64,000 nt of DNA from Candidatus Saccharimonadota bacterium. Lineage in GTDB: Bacteria > Patescibacteriota > Saccharimonadia > Saccharimonadales > Saccharimonadaceae. Below, piece by piece: positions 18,777-29,103 of the stretch; position 1 is the first letter of the stretch; each line of letters begins with the position of its first letter. A model generated the notes under the pieces. That model did not search any database. It was given only the letters and a program-made list of their open reading frames with translations, and had not been told where the DNA came from. Location of the stretch: the NCBI GenBank assembly GCA_030537075.1, contig JAUNOS010000001.1:30079-94078 (forward strand). The letters are read 5' to 3'. A program made the translations under genes and the position numbers.

Positions 18777-19892
18777 TTATTCCCAGCGGAACAGCTTGAT
18801 CGCTAGAAGATAAACGATGACGATGCAGGCGATGATGAAACCAAACTGCGGCAATACCTCCATCAGGCTAGCGTTTTCGGTGGTGATCAGGCGCATGCCG
18901 TCAACCACTGGAGTCATCGGGATGAACTGACTGATGGCCTTCAGCCACTCTGGGAAGAGAAAGGCCGGGAAGAAGGCGCCCGAAAGGAACATCATCGGGA
19001 AGGAGATGAGGTTCGACAGCGGCGCGGACTGATTTTCATTCTTCGCCCAGGCGCCGATCATCAGACCGAGGCCAACCATCATGAGAGCGGCCAGTGTCAA
19101 GAACGGGACAAACAGCAGCCAGTCGCCCCGCATAGTGAACTTAAACACTAGCATACCGACGATCACCATCAGAGCAGCGCTCATCAGTGAGATGATGGTG
19201 TAGACGATGGAGGTGGCGATGATCAGTTGCCCTGAGGTGAACGGCGCTGCCCGCATACGGCGGTAGTTACCCTTTTGCTTTTCAGCCGGCATCTGGTTCG
19301 CCAGGCCGAACACACCCATGCTCATCAGACTAAAGGCCAGCAGACCAGTAAAGGTGTAGTCGAACTGCTTTAGCGCTGCGTCACCCACCGCCTCAGCAGT
19401 GACCGCGATCGGCGGCTCTGGTTGACCTAGGTGCTTATTTATCGTACCGGCAATTTTCTCCATGACAGCCGTCAGTGCCGTGGCTGACTGATCCTGGCCC
19501 TTGGAGTGCAGTACCCGGATAGTACCAGTCGGACGAGCCGCCTCGCCTTCACCGGTGATCTGACCAAACTCCTTCGGCAGCTCGATGATACCATTGATCT
19601 CCGAGCGCTTCATCTTTTCCTTAGCGTCGTCCAGATCCTTCACGGTCTTCACCTTCAGGATACCCTTGTCATCTTTCGAGGCGCCTTCGACAAATTTTTT
19701 GGCGAACTCCGTGTCTGAGTGGTTGATGATGGCAACATTAAAGCTCATCGATTGATTATTAAAAATCGAACCGAACACAAAGAGGAAAATCAGCGGAAAC
19801 AAAAAAGTGAAAAACAGCGCCATTTTGTCGCGAAACAAGCGCCGCAATCCAACATTGACTTGCCCGCCAATACCTGTCCAATACTTTTTCAT
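18777..19892 (-). CDS. ABC-2 type transporter permease
   Basis: 371 aa with about 6 TM helices, immediately downstream of an ABC ATPase (stop/start abutting). Confidence 0.85.
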   Translation of the reverse strand: MKKYWTGIGGQVNVGLRRLFRDKMALFFTFLFPLIFLFVFGSIFNNQSMSFNVAIINHSDTEFAKKFVEGASKDDKGILKVKTVKDLDDAKEKMKRSEINGIIELPKEFGQITGEGEAARPTGTIRVLHSKGQDQSATALTAVMEKIAGTINKHLGQPEPPIAVTAEAVGDAALKQFDYTFTGLLAFSLMSMGVFGLANQMPAEKQKGNYRRMRAAPFTSGQLIIATSIVYTIISLMSAALMVIVGMLVFKFTMRGDWLLFVPFLTLAALMMVGLGLMIGAWAKNENQSAPLSNLISFPMMFLSGAFFPAFLFPEWLKAISQFIPMTPVVDGMRLITTENASLMEVLPQFGFIIACIVIVYLLAIKLFRWE

Positions 19893-19893
19893 A

Positions 19894-20646
19894 CTACTCC
19901 CGAATCGCCTTTCCTGTTAGGTCAATAAACACATCTTCGAGGTTCGCCTGCACGACCTCCTGCTTTTTCTTGAAACCACGCTTCAACAGTTGCTGGATGA
20001 GGTTTTTCGGTGTATCAATCGTTATAATTTGACCATTATCCATGATCGCCAGACGGTCACAAAGCAGCTCTGCCTCATCCATGTAGTGCGTGGTCAGCAC
20101 GATGGTAATTCCCTCACTGCGGATCTCCTTGATCAAGTCCCAGAGATTGCGTCGCGCCTGCGGATCCAGACCAGTGGTTGGCTCGTCCAGAAACAGTACT
20201 TTCGGGCTGTTCACCAGGGTTGAGGCGATGGCAAAGCGCTGCTTTTGGCCGCCCGACAATTGCTCGACGTAACTTTTGGCTTTTTCCGTCAGCTGGACTT
20301 TCGCCAGCAGCGCGTCCGCATCGATCTTGATACCATATAGGCTCGCAAACATCCGCAGTTGTTCGCGCAGAGTCAGCTTGTCATAAAAATTGGTTGACTG
20401 CAGCTGAATGCCGATGATATCTTTGATTTTTTTCGGATGCCGCGCCACATCGATGCCGTCGATCTCGGCTGTTCCGCCGTCAATCGGCCGCAGTGCTTCG
20501 AGCATTTCTAGCGTCGTGGTTTTGCCAGCGCCGTTCGGTCCCAAAATGCCGAAAATTTCGCCCTGCTGGACAGTGAATGAGACGCCATCGACGACATGTT
20601 TCTTGCCGTAGGTCTTGCGCAGGTCATCCACAGAAATGATTGCCAT
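19894..20646 (-). CDS. ABC transporter ATP-binding protein
   Basis: Walker A GPNGAGKTT, signature LSGGQKQR, and Walker B LFLDEPT. Confidence 0.92.
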   Translation of the reverse strand: MAIISVDDLRKTYGKKHVVDGVSFTVQQGEIFGILGPNGAGKTTTLEMLEALRPIDGGTAEIDGIDVARHPKKIKDIIGIQLQSTNFYDKLTLREQLRMFASLYGIKIDADALLAKVQLTEKAKSYVEQLSGGQKQRFAIASTLVNSPKVLFLDEPTTGLDPQARRNLWDLIKEIRSEGITIVLTTHYMDEAELLCDRLAIMDNGQIITIDTPKNLIQQLLKRGFKKKQEVVQANLEDVFIDLTGKAIRE

Positions 20647-20920
20647 GTGCCATCATCCTTTCGTATTACGTCCCCGCGAGTATAGCCCGACTGGCAGCGT
20701 CGCAGGCACACTGGTAGTGTTTCCGACCAACCAACCGCTTACTTTTTCATCATACCACTTCTGGCGGATGAGCGCAAAAAACAGTGCCACCGCTAGGGGT
20801 GACACTGTCGTATGTAGTGCATGGACTATTTCTTGATGGCGCGCAAAATTGCCAGCAAAATGACTGCGCCGCCGAACGCGGTTGCTAGGCTCGGCAGATA
20901 TAGCACAGTCTACGAAAAAG

Positions 20921-21148
20921 CTACTGTTCACCTGGTTCAGCGAAAGTGTTAATTCCTTTGTCGAGCAGGCGCTTCTTAAGAAGAAAAACCTCCTGGCGAA
21001 CTTCCCCTTCGCGCTCCACTACCAGATGACTGAGGTAGATATGGCTAGCAACCTGTAGCACGACAAGACACAGGAATCCAACGATGAGCTGCAGACGCAG
21101 GCGACGCAATGTCCGGGCCGTGATGTCTTTTTGTGAGGTATGAGCCAT
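20921..21148 (-). CDS. small single-TM protein upstream of the ABC operon
   Basis: 75 aa with one hydrophobic helix. Possible accessory or regulatory protein. Confidence 0.35.
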   Translation of the reverse strand: MAHTSQKDITARTLRRLRLQLIVGFLCLVVLQVASHIYLSHLVVEREGEVRQEVFLLKKRLLDKGINTFAEPGEQ

Positions 21149-21171
21149 ATGATAGTTCTCCTTTTATATAC

Positions 21172-22086
21172 TTAGTGGCGGCGCAAGAAATAATACCCAA
21201 TAAGCAGCGCCATGATGATACTCACGCCGGTGATCAGCCAGAACATCAGTGGATGCTCGGCGCCAGGCACGGGCACATTCATGCCGAACAGCCCCGCCAC
21301 CATGGTCGGGATGGTCAGCGCCACCGTGATGACGGTCAGCAGGCGTATGGTTTCGTTCAGGCGAGTATCCATGACGGCGCGGTAGCTATCGCGCACATTC
21401 GTGATGGTACGCAGCAAGGATTTACAGCGGACGATGACCTGCTCCAGGTCGATAGAAATATCTTCCACGTCATCTTTGTCATCTGCCTTCAGGCGCAGCG
21501 CCCGGGTAGCCTTCAGCCGTTCGATGGCTAAGTTCATCGGGATCAGTGCGTCCAAGTAGTCGTTCAATTTCCGCTCGTATTCAGTGAGTGTGGCGATGTC
21601 GCGAGTATGCAGCGTGCGGATATCGTCCGTGGCAGCGCGCATCTGGCGGTTAATGGTCGCCACTCGCCGCTGATACTGGGTGGCAATAGCGTCAATCATA
21701 TCCACCAACAGCTCAATCTGCCGATCAGTCCGCACTCGCCGTCTGTCGATAAACGGCTGCCAGAGCCGCCCCAGGCTATCGCGCGAAATTGTCACCACAT
21801 AGTCGCGGTGAATGCCAAACAGAATTGGCGTGGTAAAATCGTTGAATTCATCATCCGTATCTGGCAAGCGCGCGATGAGATAGGTCCACTCATCCTCAAA
21901 TTCGACACGCGGCACCTCGTGCGGGTCCAGCGCGTCGCTGATCATATCGCCGTCCATGCCGAGCGTCAGCAACTCCGCCACCTCCTCGTCATTCGGCCGC
22001 TCGCAGCGCAGCCACGCCCCAGAGGCCAGCCGACCAATTTCCTCGATCGGCTGCGTCTCATTCGGGGCGTACAGATACTGAATCAT
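21172..22086 (-). CDS. corA: CorA-family magnesium/cobalt transporter
   Basis: C-terminal two TM helices with the signature GMN motif (LFGMNVP). Confidence 0.85.
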   Translation of the reverse strand: MIQYLYAPNETQPIEEIGRLASGAWLRCERPNDEEVAELLTLGMDGDMISDALDPHEVPRVEFEDEWTYLIARLPDTDDEFNDFTTPILFGIHRDYVVTISRDSLGRLWQPFIDRRRVRTDRQIELLVDMIDAIATQYQRRVATINRQMRAATDDIRTLHTRDIATLTEYERKLNDYLDALIPMNLAIERLKATRALRLKADDKDDVEDISIDLEQVIVRCKSLLRTITNVRDSYRAVMDTRLNETIRLLTVITVALTIPTMVAGLFGMNVPVPGAEHPLMFWLITGVSIIMALLIGYYFLRRH

Positions 22087-23036
22087 GCGCTAACCACACG
22101 CGTCCCGGCGGTGCCTTCAATCGCTGCTGCGGTTTTTTCCAGCGAGGTGATGATGGCCGTACGCCCCGCACCACCCTTCACAAAGCTGAGAACTGCCTGG
22201 GTTTTTGGTAGCATGGAGCCGGCGGCGAATTGCCCATCATCAATGTGTTTTTGCAATTCTTCAGCCGAGATCTCGCCAAGCGCTTGCTCATCAGGAGTGC
22301 CGAAATTGACCTTTGCTGCGTCCACCGATGTCACGATAAGCAAGGTGTCGGCCCCTAGCAAGTCAGCGAGCTTCGCAGCGCCAAAGTCCTTGTCAATCAC
22401 CGCGGCCACACCCTTCAGCTGACCTGCCTCGTCCTTCAACACCGGAATGCCGCCGCCGCCCGTCGAAATAACCGTCACACCAGCATGCACCAGCGCCTTG
22501 ATGACATCAGCCTCGACGATGGTCTCCGGCTTCGGCGAAGGCACCACGCGCCGCCAGCCGCGCCCGGCATCTTCCTTTACGGTATAGCCACGCTCGGCAG
22601 CCACCGTCTTGGCCTCTTCTTCGGTATAAAATGGCCCGATGGGCTTAGTGGGATTGGCAAATGCTGGATCCGCCTGATTCACGACCGTCTGCGTCACCAC
22701 GCTGACTGCATGATGCTGCAACCCCTCGACAGCAAAAGCATCGTGTAGCGCCTGCTGCAACCAAAAGCCGATAAGCCCCTGACTCATGGCGCCCGAATCC
22801 TCTAGTGGCAAGCTTGGCACATCTTCAGTGTTAATCGCTTCCTCATGCAGCACGATATTACCAACCTGTGGCCCATTACCGTGGACGATAGCGACATTGT
22901 GCCCTGCCTTGATAAGCGGTAGCAGCTGCCGCACCGTCTCATCCGCTACTCGTTGCTGCTGCTCAGACGAGGCTTCGCCCCGCTTTTGCAGGGCGTTACC
23001 TCCGAGCGCAACGACAATCGTTCGCTTCTGATCCAT
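22083..23036 (-). CDS. arcC: carbamate kinase
   Basis: 317 aa with N-terminal VVALGGNAL, an amino-acid kinase fold, and a 4-nt overlap with the upstream gene of the arginine deiminase operon. Confidence 0.9.
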   Translation of the reverse strand: MDQKRTIVVALGGNALQKRGEASSEQQQRVADETVRQLLPLIKAGHNVAIVHGNGPQVGNIVLHEEAINTEDVPSLPLEDSGAMSQGLIGFWLQQALHDAFAVEGLQHHAVSVVTQTVVNQADPAFANPTKPIGPFYTEEEAKTVAAERGYTVKEDAGRGWRRVVPSPKPETIVEADVIKALVHAGVTVISTGGGGIPVLKDEAGQLKGVAAVIDKDFGAAKLADLLGADTLLIVTSVDAAKVNFGTPDEQALGEISAEELQKHIDDGQFAAGSMLPKTQAVLSFVKGGAGRTAIITSLEKTAAAIEGTAGTRVVSA

Positions 23037-23039
23037 AGG

Positions 23040-24581
23040 CTAGGCCATCGCTCCGTAAATAGCTATCACCGCCAGGCTGATCACCGCAAACACCGCCATG
23101 ATAGGCAGGCTACGCTTCAGCCAGGCGCGGTACGACACGCCCGCCAGCGCCAGACCGCCCATCAGTGAGGCGATGGTTGGCGCCATCATGTTGAGCAGTC
23201 CTGAGGCAGTCGCGAAGGCCGCCACGATGACTTCCTTGCTTGAACCCACCAGGTCAGCCACTGGTGCGATAACTGGCATAGTTGCCGCCGCCAGACCTGA
23301 TGATGATGGGATGATAAAGCTCATCGGCAGATAGAACAGATACGCCAAGAGGCCGACGAAATTGCCTGCACCCTTCAGGGCGCTTTCGCCCCAGCTGATG
23401 ATGGTGTCCTGGATGGCACCGTTTTGCATCACCACGCCGACACCCGCTGCAACCGCGATGATCAGCGCCACGCTGAGCAGATCGGCCGTCCCTTTCAGGA
23501 AGGTATCCACCACGAAGACATTTTCTTTCTTAAATTGGCGGTAATAAATTGCCGCAATGATAAGCGTTGAAATCAAGAACAAGGTCGAGATTTCGTTAAA
23601 GTACCACGCACCTAGGGCTGCATTGTGTCCTGCACCCAGGACTGCGCCGATGACCGGCAGACCAACCAGCCACGTATGCAGCTGTGCAAATACCTTGATA
23701 CCAAAGTCTTCCCATGGGATGAGTGAGATGATCATGATCAAGAAAGTGAGGCCGAATACTGCCATCACTGCCTTACGTGGACCAGTGAAGCTCGGCACAT
23801 TGCTCATATCGAGCGTGGTGGTTGCTGGCTTGTAGCGCACATCGTCCTTGTACGCACCCGCTTTCACCTTGGCAGCATAGCGCATGGTAAAGGCGATAGC
23901 CGCGATGAGACACAGCACCAAGATGATGGACTGCACGCCGAGCAGATTACCCAGTGGCACATCTGCCGCGCTGGCCGCAATGCCCGTTGAGAATGGGTTG
24001 ATGGTCGAACCCAACACACCAACGCCGCCACCGAGAACGATAACCATCACCGCAGTCATGGCGTTATAGCCCGCCGCCATCATGATCGGCACCACGAGAG
24101 CATAAAAGGCCACTGCCTCTTCCTGCATACCGTAGGTCGTTCCGCCGATAGCAAAGAAGACCATCAGGATAGGAATCAGCCACTGTTCCTTGCCTTTCAT
24201 CTTCTTCAGCAGCGCACCCAAGGTTGCATCCAGTGCACCGGTCTTCATGACCACGCCCAGGAATCCACCGAGGATCAGCACGAAGACGATCACGTCAAGC
24301 TTTTCTTTCATACCCTGCACCGGCGCGATAAAGGCATCCCACGCGCCCTGACGGGTATCAGTTGTTACCTTCTCACCATCTTTTTCTTCGGTGGTGACTT
24401 TGTCAATTTGTTTGTAGGTGCCAGACACGCGCACCTCTTTGCCATCGACTGTTTTAGTCTCATACTGCCCCGATGGCACCAGCCAGGTCAGACCGGCCAT
24501 CATGGCGATGACGATGAAGAGTACGGTAAACGCTGACGGTGACCGCAGTTTCTTCTTTACTTTTTTCATTTTTTCAACCAT
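23040..24581 (-). CDS. YfcC/DcuC-family anaerobic C4-type carrier, putative arginine/ornithine antiporter (ArcD-like)
   Basis: 513 aa with about 12 TM helices and the YfcC family signature. Position between arcB and arcC. Confidence 0.75.
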   Translation of the reverse strand: MVEKMKKVKKKLRSPSAFTVLFIVIAMMAGLTWLVPSGQYETKTVDGKEVRVSGTYKQIDKVTTEEKDGEKVTTDTRQGAWDAFIAPVQGMKEKLDVIVFVLILGGFLGVVMKTGALDATLGALLKKMKGKEQWLIPILMVFFAIGGTTYGMQEEAVAFYALVVPIMMAAGYNAMTAVMVIVLGGGVGVLGSTINPFSTGIAASAADVPLGNLLGVQSIILVLCLIAAIAFTMRYAAKVKAGAYKDDVRYKPATTTLDMSNVPSFTGPRKAVMAVFGLTFLIMIISLIPWEDFGIKVFAQLHTWLVGLPVIGAVLGAGHNAALGAWYFNEISTLFLISTLIIAAIYYRQFKKENVFVVDTFLKGTADLLSVALIIAVAAGVGVVMQNGAIQDTIISWGESALKGAGNFVGLLAYLFYLPMSFIIPSSSGLAAATMPVIAPVADLVGSSKEVIVAAFATASGLLNMMAPTIASLMGGLALAGVSYRAWLKRSLPIMAVFAVISLAVIAIYGAMA

Positions 24582-24617
24582 TGCCTTGGAGCCTCCTTTA
24601 CTCCCTTATTACGACAA

Positions 24618-25607
24618 TTACAGCGTCAATGCCATGACGGCCTTGATGGTATGCATCCGATTTTCCGCCTGATCAAACACGATCGAATGTGGCGAGCGGA
24701 ACACCTCATCCGATACTTCCATAGCATCCAGCCCAAATTCTTCCTGCACGTGCTTGCCCGTCACCGTCAGCGCATCATGGAAGGCCGGCAGACAGTGCAT
24801 AAATTTCACCTCTGGATTGCCCGTCAGATCAAGCATGGCGCGGTTCACCTGATAGTGCCGCAGCTGGTCAATTCGCTCCGCAAACTTATCCTCTTCGCCC
24901 ATGGACACCCATACGTCGGTGTAAATCACCTCTGCGCCGCGCAGTGCTTCCTCGAAATTGTCGGTGAGCGTGATACGGCCGTGGCTCTCATGCGCAAAGC
25001 GGTGCGCCTGGTCGACCAGATGCTGCTCAGGACGGAGGTGCTCAGGCGACAGGATACGGAAATCCAACCCCATTTTCGCCGCGCCGATCATCAAGCTGTT
25101 GGCCATATTGTTACGGCCATCGCCAACGAAGACGAACTTGACGCCCTTGAGCCGACCTAAATGCTCCTCGATGGTCAAAAAGTCAGCCAAAATCTGCGTC
25201 GGGTGGAATTGATCCGTCAGGCCGTTCCAGACCGGCACCCCGGCATGAGCCGCCAGCTCTTCCACTGTCGAATGAGCAAAGCCGCGGAACTCGATACCAT
25301 CAAACATCCGTCCCAGCACCTTCGCTGTATCCTCGACGGTCTCTTTTTTACCCAGCTGAATATCATCTTTACCGAGGTATTCTGGCGCGATACCGAGGTC
25401 ATTTGCTGCTGCCACAAATGCACAGCGGGTGCGTGTTGACGCTTTTTCAAACAGTAGCGCGATATTCTTCCCTTCATGAATCCGGTGCGGAATACCGGCG
25501 TACTTGAGCCGCTTGTACTCGCGTGCCGTATCCAGCAGTAAGCGAATTTCGCTTGGCGAATAATCCGCCAGCGTCAGTAGTGATCGTCCCTTTAAACTTT
25601 GTGCCAT
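24618..25607 (-). CDS. arcB: ornithine carbamoyltransferase (catabolic)
   Basis: STRTR carbamoyl-phosphate site and HCLP ornithine site. Confidence 0.9.
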   Translation of the reverse strand: MAQSLKGRSLLTLADYSPSEIRLLLDTAREYKRLKYAGIPHRIHEGKNIALLFEKASTRTRCAFVAAANDLGIAPEYLGKDDIQLGKKETVEDTAKVLGRMFDGIEFRGFAHSTVEELAAHAGVPVWNGLTDQFHPTQILADFLTIEEHLGRLKGVKFVFVGDGRNNMANSLMIGAAKMGLDFRILSPEHLRPEQHLVDQAHRFAHESHGRITLTDNFEEALRGAEVIYTDVWVSMGEEDKFAERIDQLRHYQVNRAMLDLTGNPEVKFMHCLPAFHDALTVTGKHVQEEFGLDAMEVSDEVFRSPHSIVFDQAENRMHTIKAVMALTL

Positions 25608-26855
25608 TTATACATCCTCCCGTACCAGCGGCATACTCATACAGCGTGGACCACCGCGGCCACGACCGAGCTCAGCGCCGGCCACTTCAATAACTTCCAA
25701 TCCTGCTTCACGCAGTGCTTTATTTGTCACGTAATTGCGGTCGTAGGTCACCACCACGCCTGGCGCAATGGCCAAGGTGTTGGAGCCGTCGTTCCACTGC
25801 TCGCGGGCTGCGGCGATCGGGTCGCCAGCGCCACACTCTATCAAGGTCACGTGCGGCAACTGCAAGGCCACCCGTAGCACATGCTCCAGATCAGTTTCAT
25901 GGGTAATGCGTGGAAATGCCTGACCCTCTACCTTTTCCAAAATGTAACAGTTAATCTTACCGCCATTATCGCGAATTTCCGGATGGATGGTGAACTTATC
26001 ATGATCGATCATAGTGAACACCGTATCCAGGTGCATAAAGGCATGGCTTTTCGGAATTTCCATAGCGATGACCTTCTTGAAATCCGAACCCGCAAACAGC
26101 TTGGTGGCCATTTTTTCGATCGCCTCCGCCGAGGTGCGCTCCGAAATACCGATCGCCATCACTTCACGGCTCAGCACCAGTTCGTCACCGCCCTCGATGG
26201 AGAATTTCTCATCGCGGTTATACCACACCGGCACTTCGCGGCCGGCAAAGCGCGGATGGTGGTCGATGATATAACGCATAAACAGCGACTCGCGGCGGCG
26301 GGCTGGCCAGTGCATTTTATTGATCGTCAGACCACTGCCGATCGTCGCTGCGGGGTCACGCGTAAAGTAGAGGTTTGGCATCGGATCAAGGTAGAACGGA
26401 TAGTGATTCTGCTCTACCATGTCGTGCAGCTGCTGGTGATGCTCTGGCGGTAGCGTCACCTCATCCTTGCGTACTCCAGCCATCAGCTTGCGCACCATGG
26501 CTAGTGTCGGCAGATCCAGCAAAAATTCGCGCAGCACATGTGTCACCCGGTGCGATCCGTGCTTTGAAGCCGCGAGCATCTCATCGACAAACTGCTCACG
26601 CAGCCGACCCGACACATCTGAGTCCAGCGCCTCGGTGGTCATCTGGTCCAGATACAGCACCTCAACACCACGACTGCGCAGCACCTCTGCGAACGCATCA
26701 TGTTCCTGCTGCGCCACTTCCAGATACGGAATGTCGTCAAATAAAAGATCGGTCAGGTACTCTGGAGTCAAATTTTCCAACTCCGCGCCTGGCCGATGTA
26801 ATAATACTGTCTTTAATTTGCCTATTTCCGACGTAATATGTAATGGTTGATCCAT
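25608..26855 (-). CDS. arcA: arginine deiminase
   Basis: 415 aa with a C-terminal catalytic Cys in [10 protein letters not shown]. Its stop abuts the arcB start. Confidence 0.92.
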   Translation of the reverse strand: MDQPLHITSEIGKLKTVLLHRPGAELENLTPEYLTDLLFDDIPYLEVAQQEHDAFAEVLRSRGVEVLYLDQMTTEALDSDVSGRLREQFVDEMLAASKHGSHRVTHVLREFLLDLPTLAMVRKLMAGVRKDEVTLPPEHHQQLHDMVEQNHYPFYLDPMPNLYFTRDPAATIGSGLTINKMHWPARRRESLFMRYIIDHHPRFAGREVPVWYNRDEKFSIEGGDELVLSREVMAIGISERTSAEAIEKMATKLFAGSDFKKVIAMEIPKSHAFMHLDTVFTMIDHDKFTIHPEIRDNGGKINCYILEKVEGQAFPRITHETDLEHVLRVALQLPHVTLIECGAGDPIAAAREQWNDGSNTLAIAPGVVVTYDRNYVTNKALREAGLEVIEVAGAELGRGRGGPRCMSMPLVREDV

Positions 26856-26908
26856 ACCCCATCCCCTTTTTGTTTATAGTTCTCACCTATAATCGTAGCA
26901 CAAGCAGT

Positions 26909-27493
26909 TTAAAGTGCAAGAGCTATGACGCACAGCGAATGTTCCACCCGTACCAGACGCGCCCGCGGTTCACTGCGCAGCCACTGGTCCACCGCCTTGG
27001 CCGCCCCTGGCAGCGCTTCATTGGCATAATCATCCACCACGATGATAGCCCCTGGGCTGAGCCGATGCCGTAGCAGCTCCAGTGGCACCCGCACCGATTC
27101 ATAATAATCCCCGTCCAGAAAGGCGAAACTGACCGCCGGCGGTACGTCATCTGGCGTGAGCGCGTCAAACCAGCCCTTGTGGATGACGGGCAGCGGCAGG
27201 CCGAGCTTTTTAAAATTGGCGATGAGCTGTTTTTTAGTCGCCGCCAGCTCGCCCGGGCGAAATTGCTCGCCGGCCGGGCTGATGTCGGGGGCGGTTTTTT
27301 CGGGCAGCCCTGCGAAGGAGTCGTACACATGGAGCGTCTTGCCAGGCGCCAGCGCCTGCATCAGATGAACGCTGGTCGTGCCGACATAGCAGCCAAATTC
27401 CACCACGTCACCCGGCACTGCGGCGGTGCTAGCAAGTTCACGGAGGATTGTCCTCACTTCGCGTTCGTCAACTTGGTCAGAAAGCAACTTCAT
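26909..27493 (-). CDS. class I SAM-dependent O-methyltransferase (TylF/MycF-like)
   Basis: Start set at the ATG at 27493 (MKLLSDQ...). The ORF-track extension runs into the tRNA-Pro gene. VVEFGCYVGTTS glycine-rich SAM motif. Confidence 0.7.
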   Translation of the reverse strand: MKLLSDQVDEREVRTILRELASTAAVPGDVVEFGCYVGTTSVHLMQALAPGKTLHVYDSFAGLPEKTAPDISPAGEQFRPGELAATKKQLIANFKKLGLPLPVIHKGWFDALTPDDVPPAVSFAFLDGDYYESVRVPLELLRHRLSPGAIIVVDDYANEALPGAAKAVDQWLRSEPRARLVRVEHSLCVIALAL

Positions 27494-27538
27494 GGGTTTT
27501 ATTATACGACCAACCGGCGTATAATGCACCATAGGTAT

Positions 27539-27615
27539 CTGGGTGTGGCGCAGCTCGGTAGCGCGCACCGTTCGGGACGGTGAGGTCGCTGGTTCAAATC
27601 CAGTCACCCAGACCA
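27539..27615 (+). tRNA. tRNA-Pro (CGG)
   Basis: Acceptor CTGGGTG/CACCCAG, anticodon stem CACCG/CGGTG with loop UUCGGGA, T-arm GGTTCAAATCC, and CCA. Confidence 0.9.
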
Positions 27616-27671
27616 AACATAGTAGATGAGGTTCATTTCATGAACTTAAATACCATCTAGGCGAGGAGAGT

Positions 27672-27887
27672 ATGGGGATGGAGAATCTAGCCTGCAACTG
27701 TAAACCAGAGCTGACAGAGCAAGAAGCTGCTCAAATACTAGGGACGGGTGACTCAGAGATAGAGCTTAGCATCCGGAAACTAATCGAAGGAGCAGGCCGC
27801 GAGGGCATCGGAGTCCGGGAGTTCTACGAGCATCCAGATCTTGCTCCTTACTTCCATGAAGATGTCGAGCGTGCCCTGCAGGACTAG
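27672..27887 (+). CDS. hypothetical small protein (71 aa)
   Basis: ORF with a GGAG-like RBS, in a lower-GC segment after tRNA-Pro. Its C-terminal EFYEHPDLAPYF motif is repeated in a downstream ORF. Confidence 0.35.
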   Translation: MGMENLACNCKPELTEQEAAQILGTGDSEIELSIRKLIEGAGREGIGVREFYEHPDLAPYFHEDVERALQD

Positions 27888-28097
27888 CGTATCAACGGGT
27901 ACGTTAAGTTAGGGAGTGCTGCCACTCGTTGGTTTTGGATAGAACCTCTGTAGTTGACACTGGTGAACGGTAATTTTCCATGATTACCACGCATTATACT
28001 ATTGATGCGGCACGGAAAGGAATATTTCACTCCGTCCGATGCGGCAAATATTCAGGGCAAAGACCGATGTAAGCAGCTCATGTGCTAAAATGTATCT

Positions 28098-28640
28098 ATG
28101 GAACACGACTATGGAGCAGGGACAATCTCCCGATCGAACTCCGACCGTCTTGTGGCGGTCAGCACAGACTTGGGAGGCAATGAAGTGTGCTATATCAGAG
28201 AAAATGCTGAGTCTTTAGTGGATGAAATCGAGGAGACACTCGGCTATAAAGAAGACGAGCCAAAAATTGACGGAGAAGCAACAACTGTCAATATTCCGCA
28301 CGAAGCGTATTCAATTCTGAAGGACGAATGGGGCGAACATAAAGTACTCCCCACGATAGGTGCTTACATCATGGCGATGGTTTCGCTAAGTGATAAAGTA
28401 TCAGATATTACCGCCCTCCAGGAAAAAGTTGACCCAAATTCGGAGTGCGCAAATTTGAGGTGCCCTAAGGCGGGCGACTGTCCTTTTGTGAGACTTTGCA
28501 ATGCACGCAAAGATGTACTCCAACTACTCAAGCGCATGGGAAAAGAAGAAACTGAGTATAGGCTCTGGGCAAAAGAGGAGTCCTGGGGTGACGACTGGAC
28601 CTGGCGAATGGAATCAAAAATTGGAGGAGGGATCTTTTGA
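28098..28640 (+). CDS. hypothetical protein (180 aa, Cys-containing)
   Basis: Clean ORF in an approximately 45% GC islet. No recognisable domain. Confidence 0.45.
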   Translation: MEHDYGAGTISRSNSDRLVAVSTDLGGNEVCYIRENAESLVDEIEETLGYKEDEPKIDGEATTVNIPHEAYSILKDEWGEHKVLPTIGAYIMAMVSLSDKVSDITALQEKVDPNSECANLRCPKAGDCPFVRLCNARKDVLQLLKRMGKEETEYRLWAKEESWGDDWTWRMESKIGGGIF

Positions 28641-29103
28641 TGTATGCTGGCCGCAGACATGCGCGACTTGTATGAACATCCAGATATCAAACCTTTCAAG
28701 ATTGACAGCTTCACTATATTGGCTCATACTAAACTGTATCATGAAAGAGTGTTCGCAACCCCAGGCCGAGGTGCACTCCGAGCAAATGGAAAGCCGCGAG
28801 GCGTTATGCGAGCGGTGTCGGGGACCTTTGGGCGAGAGGGCTTTAGAGGGTGAAGGCGTGGCACTTTCACCAGAAGAGTCTCAGTTTGAGCAAGAGGACA
28901 GCCTTAGCTTGAAACATCGAATGGCGCGGTATGAGCGACCAACCCGCAAGGATCCTCTTGACAGTGTTCCGATTTTGAAAGTAGCAGGCAGGGATACTTC
29001 GCAAGGCTTTACAGTGATCCAAGGGCGAGTTCCCATCAAGTCAATTCGTTTCGATAAGAAAAGGAGCGGCAAGAAGCGGCCTAAACCACATTACTTCATA
29101 TGA
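28501..29103 (+). CDS. hypothetical protein, start uncertain (possibly about 28741)
   Basis: Overlapping frame with a CxxC...CxxC-like segment and a basic C-terminus. The reading frame is ambiguous with the 28644-28853 ORF. Confidence 0.2.
   Translation: MHAKMYSNYSSAWEKKKLSIGSGQKRSPGVTTGPGEWNQKLEEGSFDVCWPQTCATCMNIQISNLSRLTASLYWLILNCIMKECSQPQAEVHSEQMESREALCERCRGPLGERALEGEGVALSPEESQFEQEDSLSLKHRMARYERPTRKDPLDSVPILKVAGRDTSQGFTVIQGRVPIKSIRFDKKRSGKKRPKPHYFI

Noticed and set aside
20653-20931. 92-aa minus-strand ORF between the ABC ATPase and the 75-aa membrane protein.
   Set aside because: It has no RBS and odd composition, and it overlaps the upstream small gene. It is most likely intergenic or promoter DNA for the ABC operon.
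26909-27616. Long form of the methyltransferase ORF reaching 27616.
   Set aside because: The extension runs antisense through the tRNA-Pro gene. The internal ATG at 27493 gives a normal-length methyltransferase.
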